Source: Halobacteriovoraceae bacterium
GTDB lineage: Bacteria; Bdellovibrionota; Bacteriovoracia; Bacteriovoracales; Bacteriovoracaceae
Reading direction: 5' to 3'
Assembly: GCA_963719505.1 (NCBI GenBank)
Contig: CAVRCF010000003.1
Location: 128,001-192,000, forward strand
Length of the DNA: 64,000 nt
Shown: in pieces, positions 48,005 through 56,321 of the stretch
Layout of the letters: every line of letters starts with the position of its first letter
Position numbering within the stretch: the first letter of the stretch is position 1
The notes under the pieces: generated by a model
The model's database searches: none
Told to the model about the DNA's origin: nothing
What the model saw: the letters and a program-made list of their open reading frames with translations, nothing else
Made by a program: the position numbers and the translations under genes

Positions 48005-48421
48005 ATGGCTTCAAGTTTTGATCCCAATGAAAGCGATGGAATAAACGAAATCAATATCACGCCATTCGTTGATGTTGTTCTTGTTCTTCTTGTGATCTTT
48101 ATGGTTACTGCTCCTATGATGGTTAAAGAGACGATGAATATCAAGCTTCCAAAAGGCAAGAGTACCCAAAAAAGTGAAATAAAAACTTTTGCCGTGGCTA
48201 TCTCAAAAAATGGTCAGGTCCTTTTTGACGGTGAAATTATAGAAATGAGTCTTCTTTATGATAAAGCTGTCAGGCTAAAAAATGAAAACCCCGAAATTCA
48301 ACTTCTTATCTCAGCCGATAAAGAAGCTATGCACGGAGAGGTGATAAAAGTTTTAGATCAAGTTAAACTCGCCGGAGTTACAAATTTCGCCTTTCAAATT
48401 GAAAAAATCATAGAGCAGTAG
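48005..48421 (+). CDS. exbD: Biopolymer transporter ExbD
   Basis: EINITPFVDVVLVLLVIFMVTAP, ISADK. Confidence 0.92.
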   Translation: MASSFDPNESDGINEINITPFVDVVLVLLVIFMVTAPMMVKETMNIKLPKGKSTQKSEIKTFAVAISKNGQVLFDGEIIEMSLLYDKAVRLKNENPEIQLLISADKEAMHGEVIKVLDQVKLAGVTNFAFQIEKIIEQ

Positions 48422-48422
48422 A

Positions 48423-49058
48423 ATGAATAAGACTCTATCTCAATCTCTTCTTCTTCACAGTTTCTTTGTCATTGTATTCTTCGTTCTAATGCAGATGAGT
48501 GAAAGAAAGGTGATTGAAACTTTCAGCTTCGATATTGTTGAAAAGCAAGCTGTCGAAATTAAAAGAAACCAAAAAGTTGTTATCAATGCCAAGCCTTCTG
48601 AAGTTATTAAACGGAAAGAGGCCCCAAAAACTAGAGAAGTCTTCGGAGTAAAGAGAAAGACTCTGACCAGTGAGAAGGGAAGCGTTGTTGCAAAGGTTGG
48701 GAATACTGTGACAAAGAAAGAAGACGATAAAGTCTTACGTGATGATGAATCAGACTCACTACCTGAACCAGCAGAAGAATTTCTTATCACCTCTATGCCC
48801 AGAGCAATAAATGAAATCAGACCCGTCTATCCCAAATGGGCAAAAGAGCAGAAAATATCGGGTTCTGTTATATTTGAAATTTTAATTGATCAAAAGGGAG
48901 ACGTAAGACAAGCAAAGATATTGCGTGGCCTTCATCCTAAATTAGATAAACTAGCAAAAGATGCGATAATGAAATTTAAATTTAAGCCGGCATTTATAGA
49001 AAAAAAACCGGCACCAGCGAGAATAAAATATGCGATTAAATATTTACTTGAGTCTTAG
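48423..49058 (+). CDS. tonB: Energy transducer TonB
   Basis: N-terminal TM with SLLLH; C-terminal PVYP..A....ISG.V...ILID..G.V, FKPA. Confidence 0.9.
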   Translation: MNKTLSQSLLLHSFFVIVFFVLMQMSERKVIETFSFDIVEKQAVEIKRNQKVVINAKPSEVIKRKEAPKTREVFGVKRKTLTSEKGSVVAKVGNTVTKKEDDKVLRDDESDSLPEPAEEFLITSMPRAINEIRPVYPKWAKEQKISGSVIFEILIDQKGDVRQAKILRGLHPKLDKLAKDAIMKFKFKPAFIEKKPAPARIKYAIKYLLES

Positions 49059-51240
49059 TCTCTTTCTCATAGGCACTTGTTATGCACAAACAGCAATTAA
49101 AGGTATCCTTTTGGAAAAGGGAACAAAGGCTGTTCTTGCAGATACGAATGTCTATATTATGCCTTACAAACTAAAGGCGACCACAGATACCCAAGGGAAA
49201 TTTTTCTTCCCCGATGTCCCAAAAGGGGACTTTGAGTTTCTTGTTAATAAAAGCGGATATCTTAGACTAACTGTCGAATCAAGTACTAGTGACCTCAACT
49301 CAGATCTATATTTAGAAAAAGAATTCTACGATGTTTTTGAGACAGTTGTTACTGGTAAAGAGATCAAAAAAGATATCGCTAAAAAAAGTCTTTCTCAAAA
49401 AGACTTTTTAAAAGCTCCAGGAGCTCAAGAAGATCCAGTTCGAGCTGTGCAGAATTTACCAGGGGTAGCGAACCAAACCTTTAGCTCTCAGATTGTCATC
49501 CAAGGAAGTGAACCTGATGATACTCGCTATACTATCAACGGGCATGAAATCCCTTTAATTTTTCACTTTGGTGGACTAACTTCAGTTGTAACTCCTACTG
49601 CAGTAAAAGATGTTGAGTTTTTGGCAGCTGGCTTTGGACCCGAATATGGGCGAGCGCTCGGTGGTATTATTAACCTCAATACCAGACAAGCTAGAACTGA
49701 CCGATGGCGTGGTGAAGGTTTTGTTGATATCACAAAGCTTGGAGCTTTAACAGAAGGTCCGCTGTCTGAGAAGTCGTCTCTTGTGGCCAGTGCCAGGATA
49801 AGTTATTTTGGGAAAATCTTTGAAAAGGTTGCCGAAGAGATGGATGACTTTGCTGTAACAGCGGCTCCAGAATTTCAAGATTATTACGTCAACTATGATT
49901 ACGATATCTCAAAAGATGAAAGATTTTCTCTCATCGCTCTGTCTAGTAAAGACACCTTAGAGCTCATTATTAAAGAGGGAGACAACCCTAATATAGAAGG
50001 AGATATATCGAATGAAACAACTTTTAGTCGAGTTATTCCACGGTATATAAGACGCATCAATGACAAGACAAAATTGGATGTTTCCCTCGCTGTTGGTAAG
50101 GATAATTTAAACTTCTCCTTGGGAGATCGATTTTTTGATTTAGATGCAACTACCGTGACACAAAGAGGTGAAGTTGAGTATAAGTATAGTGACAAACTTA
50201 CCAACTATTTCGGAACAGATATTCAGTGGAGAAAATTTGAGTTAGATTTACTTCTGCCAAGTCGCTCCAGTGGTGGAGGAGTCAATACTGCGGGAAGCAC
50301 TTCCACATTTGCTCGAATTGAAGATGAAAATACTGAGTCGGCAATCTACCTGAGAAATATTTATAAGTTTAATGAAAAGCTTACGCTTTCACCAAATCTT
50401 AGAGCAGAATACTTCTCGACCACTGAAGACTCCTATCTTATGCCTCGTTTGAACGCAACCTACGCTTTGAGTCCGTCTTTATCTTTGAACTTTGCAACGG
50501 GTCTTTATTATCAAGCACCACAAAATGGTGAAAATAGTGAAGACTTTGGAAACCCAGATGTTAAAGCTGAAAAAGCCACTCATTATCTTTTTTCTGTGGT
50601 TAAAGATTTTAGAGGGGGCTCTAACAAAGGGTTAACTATTGATGTAGGAGCTTTCTATAAGGAGCTCGATGATTTAATTGTCTCAACAAGCGAGAAGCGC
50701 TCGGATGGGACAAGCATAAGAAATGATAACGGTGGAGAAGGCTCGGTTCAAGGCGTCCAATTTCAAGGAAGTTATAAAATTGCAGAATACACTTTGCTTA
50801 CGTCCTACACCTACCTTAACTCTAGAAGAAAAGATCCTGAAAGCGGAGAGTACCCATCACAATTTGATCAAACTCATAATCTTAACCTTATTGGGATTTA
50901 TGAGCGCTCTCGCTGGTCTTTTTCTACACGAGTTCGTTTTGTCTCTGGTGGTCCCTATACTCCGATTGAGGGAAGCATCTATGATAGTGATGTTGACGTT
51001 TATCTACCAACGAGAGGATCGTTCTATTCACAGAGATTTGATGACTTTTTCCAACTCGATTTCAGAGTCGATAGAAAGTTTATTTATCAGACTTGGATTC
51101 TCTCAGCTTATCTTGATATACAAAATCTAACCAATGCAAATAACGGTCAAGGGATCTCTTACAGCTATGATTACAGTCAAAGTGAAAAAGCCGCAGGGAC
51201 ACCAATCTTACCAATAATCGGCCTAAGAGGAGAGTTTTAG
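49030..51240 (+). CDS. TonB-dependent receptor with N-terminal carboxypeptidase-regulatory-like domain
   Basis: Signal peptide, ETVVTG TonB box, DPVRAVQNLPGV plug, YGRALGGIIN, GNPDVKAE, C-terminal GLRGEF. Confidence 0.92.
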   Translation: MRLNIYLSLSLFLIGTCYAQTAIKGILLEKGTKAVLADTNVYIMPYKLKATTDTQGKFFFPDVPKGDFEFLVNKSGYLRLTVESSTSDLNSDLYLEKEFYDVFETVVTGKEIKKDIAKKSLSQKDFLKAPGAQEDPVRAVQNLPGVANQTFSSQIVIQGSEPDDTRYTINGHEIPLIFHFGGLTSVVTPTAVKDVEFLAAGFGPEYGRALGGIINLNTRQARTDRWRGEGFVDITKLGALTEGPLSEKSSLVASARISYFGKIFEKVAEEMDDFAVTAAPEFQDYYVNYDYDISKDERFSLIALSSKDTLELIIKEGDNPNIEGDISNETTFSRVIPRYIRRINDKTKLDVSLAVGKDNLNFSLGDRFFDLDATTVTQRGEVEYKYSDKLTNYFGTDIQWRKFELDLLLPSRSSGGGVNTAGSTSTFARIEDENTESAIYLRNIYKFNEKLTLSPNLRAEYFSTTEDSYLMPRLNATYALSPSLSLNFATGLYYQAPQNGENSEDFGNPDVKAEKATHYLFSVVKDFRGGSNKGLTIDVGAFYKELDDLIVSTSEKRSDGTSIRNDNGGEGSVQGVQFQGSYKIAEYTLLTSYTYLNSRRKDPESGEYPSQFDQTHNLNLIGIYERSRWSFSTRVRFVSGGPYTPIEGSIYDSDVDVYLPTRGSFYSQRFDDFFQLDFRVDRKFIYQTWILSAYLDIQNLTNANNGQGISYSYDYSQSEKAAGTPILPIIGLRGEF

Positions 51241-52086
51241 ATGAATAAAAAGATTAATTTTTTTCTGTTACTCGTTTTATGTTTTTCACTTTTTTCTTGT
51301 GGAGATGATGACTTCCCTGAAGCTTCTGAGCTTGGAGACTTAAGGGTACTTGCCATCACAGCTGATACGCCTCAGATTAACTCTGCCGGAACAGTAACCC
51401 TTACACCTCTTATAAGTTTTGTAAAAGGTGCTGGTTCAACTGTTGATTTTTCCTGGGAAGCCTGCCCAGATCCTGGTATTGACTTTGGTGCTGACCTGAA
51501 CTGTGATTCATCACTTGCAGCTTTTAAACTTAGCGGAAACGGGACATTTAACACAAATACTCTCTCGGGAAGCTTCTTTACTGGGGTTACCCCGAATATC
51601 AGCTTAACCATTCCAGGTGTAGTCTTTACTAATTACTTTAATGCTCTGAATGAGGATCTTAAATTTAACGGTGTCGATTATATTTTCATTATTAAATACA
51701 CTGATCAAAGTACCGAGGCCAAAGCCACGGCGATTAAACGAATAAGTCTCACCTCAAAATCTAATGCTGATCTCAATACAAATCCTACAGCGGGTAATAT
51801 TCTTTTTAATGGTAGTGTGTTAGCCGCTTATCCACAAAGTGAAGGAGTTATTACTTTGGCGTCGCCCTCTGCCGCTCAGACTTTCACTCAAAGAACTAAT
51901 ATTGGTTTAAAAAGCTTTCCAGAGGATATGTATACTAGCTGGTACTCAAGTTCTGGTGAATACCTTTTTAATAGAACGGATATTGATGAAGATAATACTT
52001 TTACGCCCAGTGGATCAAGTGGGGTCTTTGTCAGTGTCTATAGGGATGGTAGAGGCGGAGTCTTTACAAATATTATAAGCTTTTAA
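51241..52086 (+). CDS. TBDR-associated lipoprotein
   Basis: Lipobox LFSC; LRVLAITADTP and RDGRGG motifs; starts immediately after the TBDR stop. Confidence 0.75.
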   Translation: MNKKINFFLLLVLCFSLFSCGDDDFPEASELGDLRVLAITADTPQINSAGTVTLTPLISFVKGAGSTVDFSWEACPDPGIDFGADLNCDSSLAAFKLSGNGTFNTNTLSGSFFTGVTPNISLTIPGVVFTNYFNALNEDLKFNGVDYIFIIKYTDQSTEAKATAIKRISLTSKSNADLNTNPTAGNILFNGSVLAAYPQSEGVITLASPSAAQTFTQRTNIGLKSFPEDMYTSWYSSSGEYLFNRTDIDEDNTFTPSGSSGVFVSVYRDGRGGVFTNIISF

Positions 52087-52100
52087 TGAAAGAGAAATAA

Positions 52101-54044
52101 ATGATGCAAATACTTATTGTGGGACTTATTGTTATGGGCTTTTTTTCAATTACTGGAGACGACTTGAAGACCAATTCAGCTGTACAGAAAGATTCAAAGA
52201 TCGAAGCAAAAATTGAAGAAATTGTCGGTGAGATGACTCTCGAGGAAAAGGTTGCCCAAATAATTCAGGCAGAAATTAAGTTCATCTCCCCAAAAGATAT
52301 TGAGAGCTATCCGCTGGGTTCAATCTTAAATGGTGGAGGCTCTTTTCCAAATAATGACAAGCAAGCAAAAGCGAGTGACTGGGTTTCATTAGCTGAATCA
52401 TTTCATAGTGAGTCTTTAAAGCACGGCATGAAGATTCCGATCATTTGGGGAACAGATGCCGTGCACGGACATAATAATGTCCACGGCGCTACTTTATTTC
52501 CTCACAATATTGGTCTTGGTGCAGCTCAAAACCCAAAACTGATTGAACAGATTGGGCGTGCGACAGCGAAGGAAGTTCTCGCAACGGGAATTGATTGGAT
52601 TTTTGCACCAACTGTAGCTGTGGTGAGAAACGATAGATGGGGGCGAACTTATGAAAGTTACTCAGAGGATCCTAAGATTGTTAAGTCTTATGCCGCTAGC
52701 ATGGTATACGGTCTTCAGGGTAGAGGAGATGAAATTCTTAGTCGAGATCATGTCATTGCCACGGCCAAACATTTTATTGGCGATGGTGGAACTCAAGACG
52801 GAGTGGATCAGGGTGACACAATTGTCAGTGAGCAAGAGCTACTAAGTCTTCATGCTCAAGGTTATATAAGTGCTATCAATGCTGGAGTTCAAACGGTAAT
52901 GGCCAGCTTTAATAGTTGGAACGGTTTAAAGATGCATGGGCATAAATATCTTTTAACGGATGTCTTAAAAGGTAAAATGAAATTTGATGGCTTCGTTATC
53001 GGTGACTGGAATGGACATGGGCAAGTAAAAGGGTGTCGAAATGATTCTTGTGCTGAGGCCATTAACGCTGGAGTTGATATGCTTATGGCACCAGAAGATT
53101 GGAAGGCTCTCTATCACAATACACTTGCTCAAGTTAAAAATGGAGAAATCCCTCAGACGCGTTTAAATGATGCAGTTACTCGCATTCTTAGAGTCAAAAT
53201 GCGTTATGGTGCTTTTGAGCTTGAGGCACCTTCAAAAAGAAGGCATGCAGGAAAATCTAAAATTATTGGATCAGTTGAGCATAAAGCCCTAGCAAGACAA
53301 GCCGTTAGAGAGTCTTTAGTTCTTTTAAAAAATAAAAATAATATCCTTCCTCTTTCAGCGAATACCAATGTTTTAGTCGCTGGCAGTGGAGCTCATAATA
53401 TAGGTAAACAAAGTGGCGGCTGGAGTCTTAGTTGGCAAGGAACGGGAAATACAAACGATGATTTTCCTGAGGCCACTTCAGTTTATGATGGATTTAAAAA
53501 GACTCTTCTAAAAGGCGGAGGCAAAGCGGCTTTAAGTGTTAATGGAGAGTTTGAAGATAAGCCTGATGTTGCTGTGGTCGTTTTTGGTGAAGAGCCATAT
53601 GCCGAAGGACAAGGGGATATTGAGAATCTTTACTATGGAAGCCGATACCAAGGAGATCTCAAACTTCTTAAAAAGCTAAGGTCACAAAACATTCCGATTA
53701 TAAGCATTTTTTTAACGGGGAGACCACTTTGGATTAACCCTGAATTAAATGCCAGTGATGCTTTCGTTGTAGCCTGGCTTCCGGGAACGGAAGCAAATGG
53801 GATTGCGGATGTCCTGATTAAAGATGCGAATGGAAATATAGATTTTGATTTTAAAGGTAAGCTCTCTTTCTCGTGGCCAAGTCACGCCAATCAAGTCTCA
53901 ATAAATATTGGAGATAAAGATTATCAGCCGCTATTTCCCTATGGCTTTGGCTTAACCTATGCCGACAAAGATAAGTTAGGAGATAACCTTTCTGAAAACC
54001 CTTTTCCCAACAATGATGGCCCAGGTGACTTAAAAAACTCTTGA
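52101..54044 (+). CDS. GH3 beta-glucosidase / exo-beta-glucanase (ExoP-like), ending early at a frameshift
   Basis: WGTDAVHGH, RWGRTYESYSED, AKHFIGDGGT, IGDWNG (nucleophile), GEEPYAEG, PLFPYGFGL. Confidence 0.93.
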   Translation: MMQILIVGLIVMGFFSITGDDLKTNSAVQKDSKIEAKIEEIVGEMTLEEKVAQIIQAEIKFISPKDIESYPLGSILNGGGSFPNNDKQAKASDWVSLAESFHSESLKHGMKIPIIWGTDAVHGHNNVHGATLFPHNIGLGAAQNPKLIEQIGRATAKEVLATGIDWIFAPTVAVVRNDRWGRTYESYSEDPKIVKSYAASMVYGLQGRGDEILSRDHVIATAKHFIGDGGTQDGVDQGDTIVSEQELLSLHAQGYISAINAGVQTVMASFNSWNGLKMHGHKYLLTDVLKGKMKFDGFVIGDWNGHGQVKGCRNDSCAEAINAGVDMLMAPEDWKALYHNTLAQVKNGEIPQTRLNDAVTRILRVKMRYGAFELEAPSKRRHAGKSKIIGSVEHKALARQAVRESLVLLKNKNNILPLSANTNVLVAGSGAHNIGKQSGGWSLSWQGTGNTNDDFPEATSVYDGFKKTLLKGGGKAALSVNGEFEDKPDVAVVVFGEEPYAEGQGDIENLYYGSRYQGDLKLLKKLRSQNIPIISIFLTGRPLWINPELNASDAFVVAWLPGTEANGIADVLIKDANGNIDFDFKGKLSFSWPSHANQVSINIGDKDYQPLFPYGFGLTYADKDKLGDNLSENPFPNNDGPGDLKNS

Positions 54045-54561
54045 AATATTCGATAAACGTCCCAGTAATCCTTTTAAAAATTTTCTAGCAGATTCAATCA
54101 ATCAAAAAAAAGAACTACCAGCGGGTATTGGCACTAGTGCAGATCAGTCGGTTAGGGTTATTGCCATTGATAAAGAACTTCAAGAAGATGCTCGCCAAAT
54201 TTCTTTTCTGGGTTCAAAAGAGAAGTCCTACTTCTTTGAATCCTCTTACACTTTGGACCTTTCTAAATACCTTAAAACAAATGGATCACTCTCTTTTGAT
54301 ATAAGACAAGATGTCAAAGCATCCAAAGAAATTTATTTAAAAATTGAACAGACAAAGATTAAATTTAGCGAAAAGTATAATCAACTCGGAAACGGAAAAT
54401 GGACGACAATTGAAATTCCCTTAGATTGTTTTGTGTCCGAAGGTTTAGACTTAGCTTCAGTGACTAGGGCTTTTGAGGTCAGTAGCAAGGGCTCGGTAAC
54501 TTTCTCCCTTGCTAATTTAAAGCTTAATCAGAAAGCAATCAGCGGCAGTTGTCTTCGGTAA
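54034..54561 (+). pseudogene. Out-of-frame C-terminal beta-sandwich domain of the GH3 enzyme
   Basis: +1 frame is open from 54034: KTLEIFDKRP...IDKELQEDARQ...LDLSKY..NGSLSFDI...WTTIEIPLDCF; deleting one A from the A6 run (54032-54037) fuses it to GH3. Confidence 0.8.
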
Positions 54562-54721
54562 AGCTTTAGCAGCTTAATGACTTTAAAATTTACGCCTCAA
54601 AGCTAGATTGCCAATAAATTAGGTAGGAAATAATTGAAAAAATGTAAATTCTTACCTTTTTACACTAATCTAGAGCTAATTATTTTAGCTACTTAGCTCT
54701 TTAGATATCGTAAGTATCAAT

Positions 54722-54755
54722 TTGTCTTAGACAATTAGCTGTTGTCTGCTATCAT
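54722..54755 (+). promoter_or_regulatory. Promoter/operator of the precursor gene
   Basis: TTGTCT-T-AGACAA palindrome over a TAGACA -35, third half-site TTGTCT at 54742, extended -10 TGcTATCAT ending at 54755, ATG at 54762, no SD. Confidence 0.55.
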
Positions 54756-54761
54756 TATATT

Positions 54762-54944
54762 ATGAAAAATTATAAATTTAGTCTTCCTGAAAAAATCAGC
54801 TTCGAGGACTTGGCCCAAGAGATTGTGCCAAACTACGATGAATTATCAACCGAAACTCAAGAGAACACTTTGAGTGCATTTGCAGCTTATGGCTGCTTTG
54901 GTTCTCCTTACTTTGACATATCATTTTGTGGGGAGTCTTCTTGA
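54762..54944 (+). CDS. Putative RiPP precursor peptide (60 aa)
   Basis: N-terminal YKFSLPEKI (RRE-binding-like), acidic leader, Cys/Gly/Ser/aromatic core GCFGSPYFDISFCGESS; stop overlaps the PqqD start. Confidence 0.7.
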   Translation: MKNYKFSLPEKISFEDLAQEIVPNYDELSTETQENTLSAFAAYGCFGSPYFDISFCGESS

Positions 54945-55210
54945 GACTCAAGTCAAATATTATTATTAAAAGATATAATGACGAAAGCTGCTACTTGATT
55001 GATTTAGAAAGTGAAGAAGAAAATTTTTATAAATGTGAGGATGTAACATCGCTGCTGGTAAATTATATCAATGATAAGGATACATTTGATAAAGAAGACC
55101 TCATTAATATTTTAAAGTCTGTTTATCGTGACGTAAAGAGTGACCAAATTGAAAATGATGTGACAGAGTTTATCAATTACATGAAAGAGCAGAATTTTGT
55201 TGCTGAATAA
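54941..55210 (+). CDS. PqqD-family RiPP recognition element (stand-alone RRE)
   Basis: ~89 aa; three strands (IIIKR / YLID / FYKC) then helices, ending Y.DV..DQIENDV.EFI..M.EQNFV; TTGA start/stop overlap with the precursor. Confidence 0.82.
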   Translation: MRLKSNIIIKRYNDESCYLIDLESEEENFYKCEDVTSLLVNYINDKDTFDKEDLINILKSVYRDVKSDQIENDVTEFINYMKEQNFVAE

Positions 55211-56321
55211 ATGCACGAAAGCTTTGATTGCGATTAGTATCTCCAAAGTTTGCTGACTTAATCGCATTTAGTGAAATCTCATCAAGTTTACTCGTTTCCA
55301 TCTGTTTTAATTCCTCAAAAATTAAAATCCAATCTTCAGATTCCATATCAACTAAAAATCCATTGATGCCATGAGTGATTTGTTCCTCATGACCCGAGTT
55401 ATTCTTATGACATATACATATCGCTCCAAGGCTTAAAGCTTCTTGAAGCGCCAATCCAAAAGGTTCATAGATTGAAGGAAAAAGTATAAATCTTGAAGAT
55501 AAGATGTCTCTTTCAAGCTGGCTTTGACTATTGGTCCAGTTTAGATTTGTTATATTTTTTTGAGCGAGAAAAGCTTCACCTTCTGATGTTAGGAGGTTGA
55601 TATCTAAGCCACGAATAGTGAGGCCCGTTTTAGACCAGTCATTATTGAGGATAAAGTGAAACCCTTTTTGTGGGTGAACGCGAGCAAAAGTATAAATATC
55701 ATACTTAAACTTTCTTTGTGAGTATTCACTAAGATCTTTCTTCTCAGCTGCACCTGGAAGAGGGATGTGAAATATAGTTTTATTTTCTATTTGATCTTTA
55801 TAGTACTTTTTTAAATGTTCGGATGTGATTTTTGAATTCGTTACATAGGCGCCACTTACCTTTATCCAGCTATTTTCAAACCTTAGAAAGGAAAAACTCA
55901 TAAGATCAATCATGCTGGTAATGGCATTTTTAAAGAAAACGCCATCAAATTTTTGAAGCTTAGATGTCTTAAGTATTGAATCATGAAGGGGCTTACCCAG
56001 AATATGAGTGTCATAAACAGTGGGAATTTTGATGAAGTCGATATAAGCCAAGGTCATATAATCGGCAATTTTGAAACTAAATTTTCTGTGGCCCAGTTGT
56101 GTCTTTAGGGTTGCCTGATACTTTGCAATGACTTCCTCTGTAAATGTATTATTGAATTCATCCATCTGTACATGCATTAAATTTTTATTAGTTTTGATTT
56201 TATCAGGTGAAAAAATAACAAAGAAAACATCATCAAACTCCTCGGAGTACCTCATTGTCCACTGTGCAATTCTTCTCATTCCTCCATTGTTAATAACACA
56301 GCTAAAGAGAGCTTGAGTCAT
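55173..56321 (-). CDS. Glycosyltransferase family 4
   Basis: ARVHPQKG, FPSIYEPFGLALQEA, ITHGINGFLV. Confidence 0.88.
   Translation of the reverse strand: MTQALFSCVINNGGMRRIAQWTMRYSEEFDDVFFVIFSPDKIKTNKNLMHVQMDEFNNTFTEEVIAKYQATLKTQLGHRKFSFKIADYMTLAYIDFIKIPTVYDTHILGKPLHDSILKTSKLQKFDGVFFKNAITSMIDLMSFSFLRFENSWIKVSGAYVTNSKITSEHLKKYYKDQIENKTIFHIPLPGAAEKKDLSEYSQRKFKYDIYTFARVHPQKGFHFILNNDWSKTGLTIRGLDINLLTSEGEAFLAQKNITNLNWTNSQSQLERDILSSRFILFPSIYEPFGLALQEALSLGAICICHKNNSGHEEQITHGINGFLVDMESEDWILIFEELKQMETSKLDEISLNAIKSANFGDTNRNQSFRAFIQQQNSALSCN

Noticed and set aside
54253-54561. Independent 102-aa gene
   Set aside because: The frame is open from 54034 and continues the GH3 protein across a 1-nt frameshift
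54891-54944. Lasso peptide reading (G1...D9 in GCFGSPYFD, with an RRE next door)
   Set aside because: No asparagine-synthetase-like cyclase or B2 protease in the window and no Thr at -2; enzymes acting in trans cannot be excluded
54941-55210. PQQ biosynthesis gene pqqD
   Set aside because: No pqqB/C/E nearby, and the peptide lacks the PqqA E-x-x-x-Y core and is much longer
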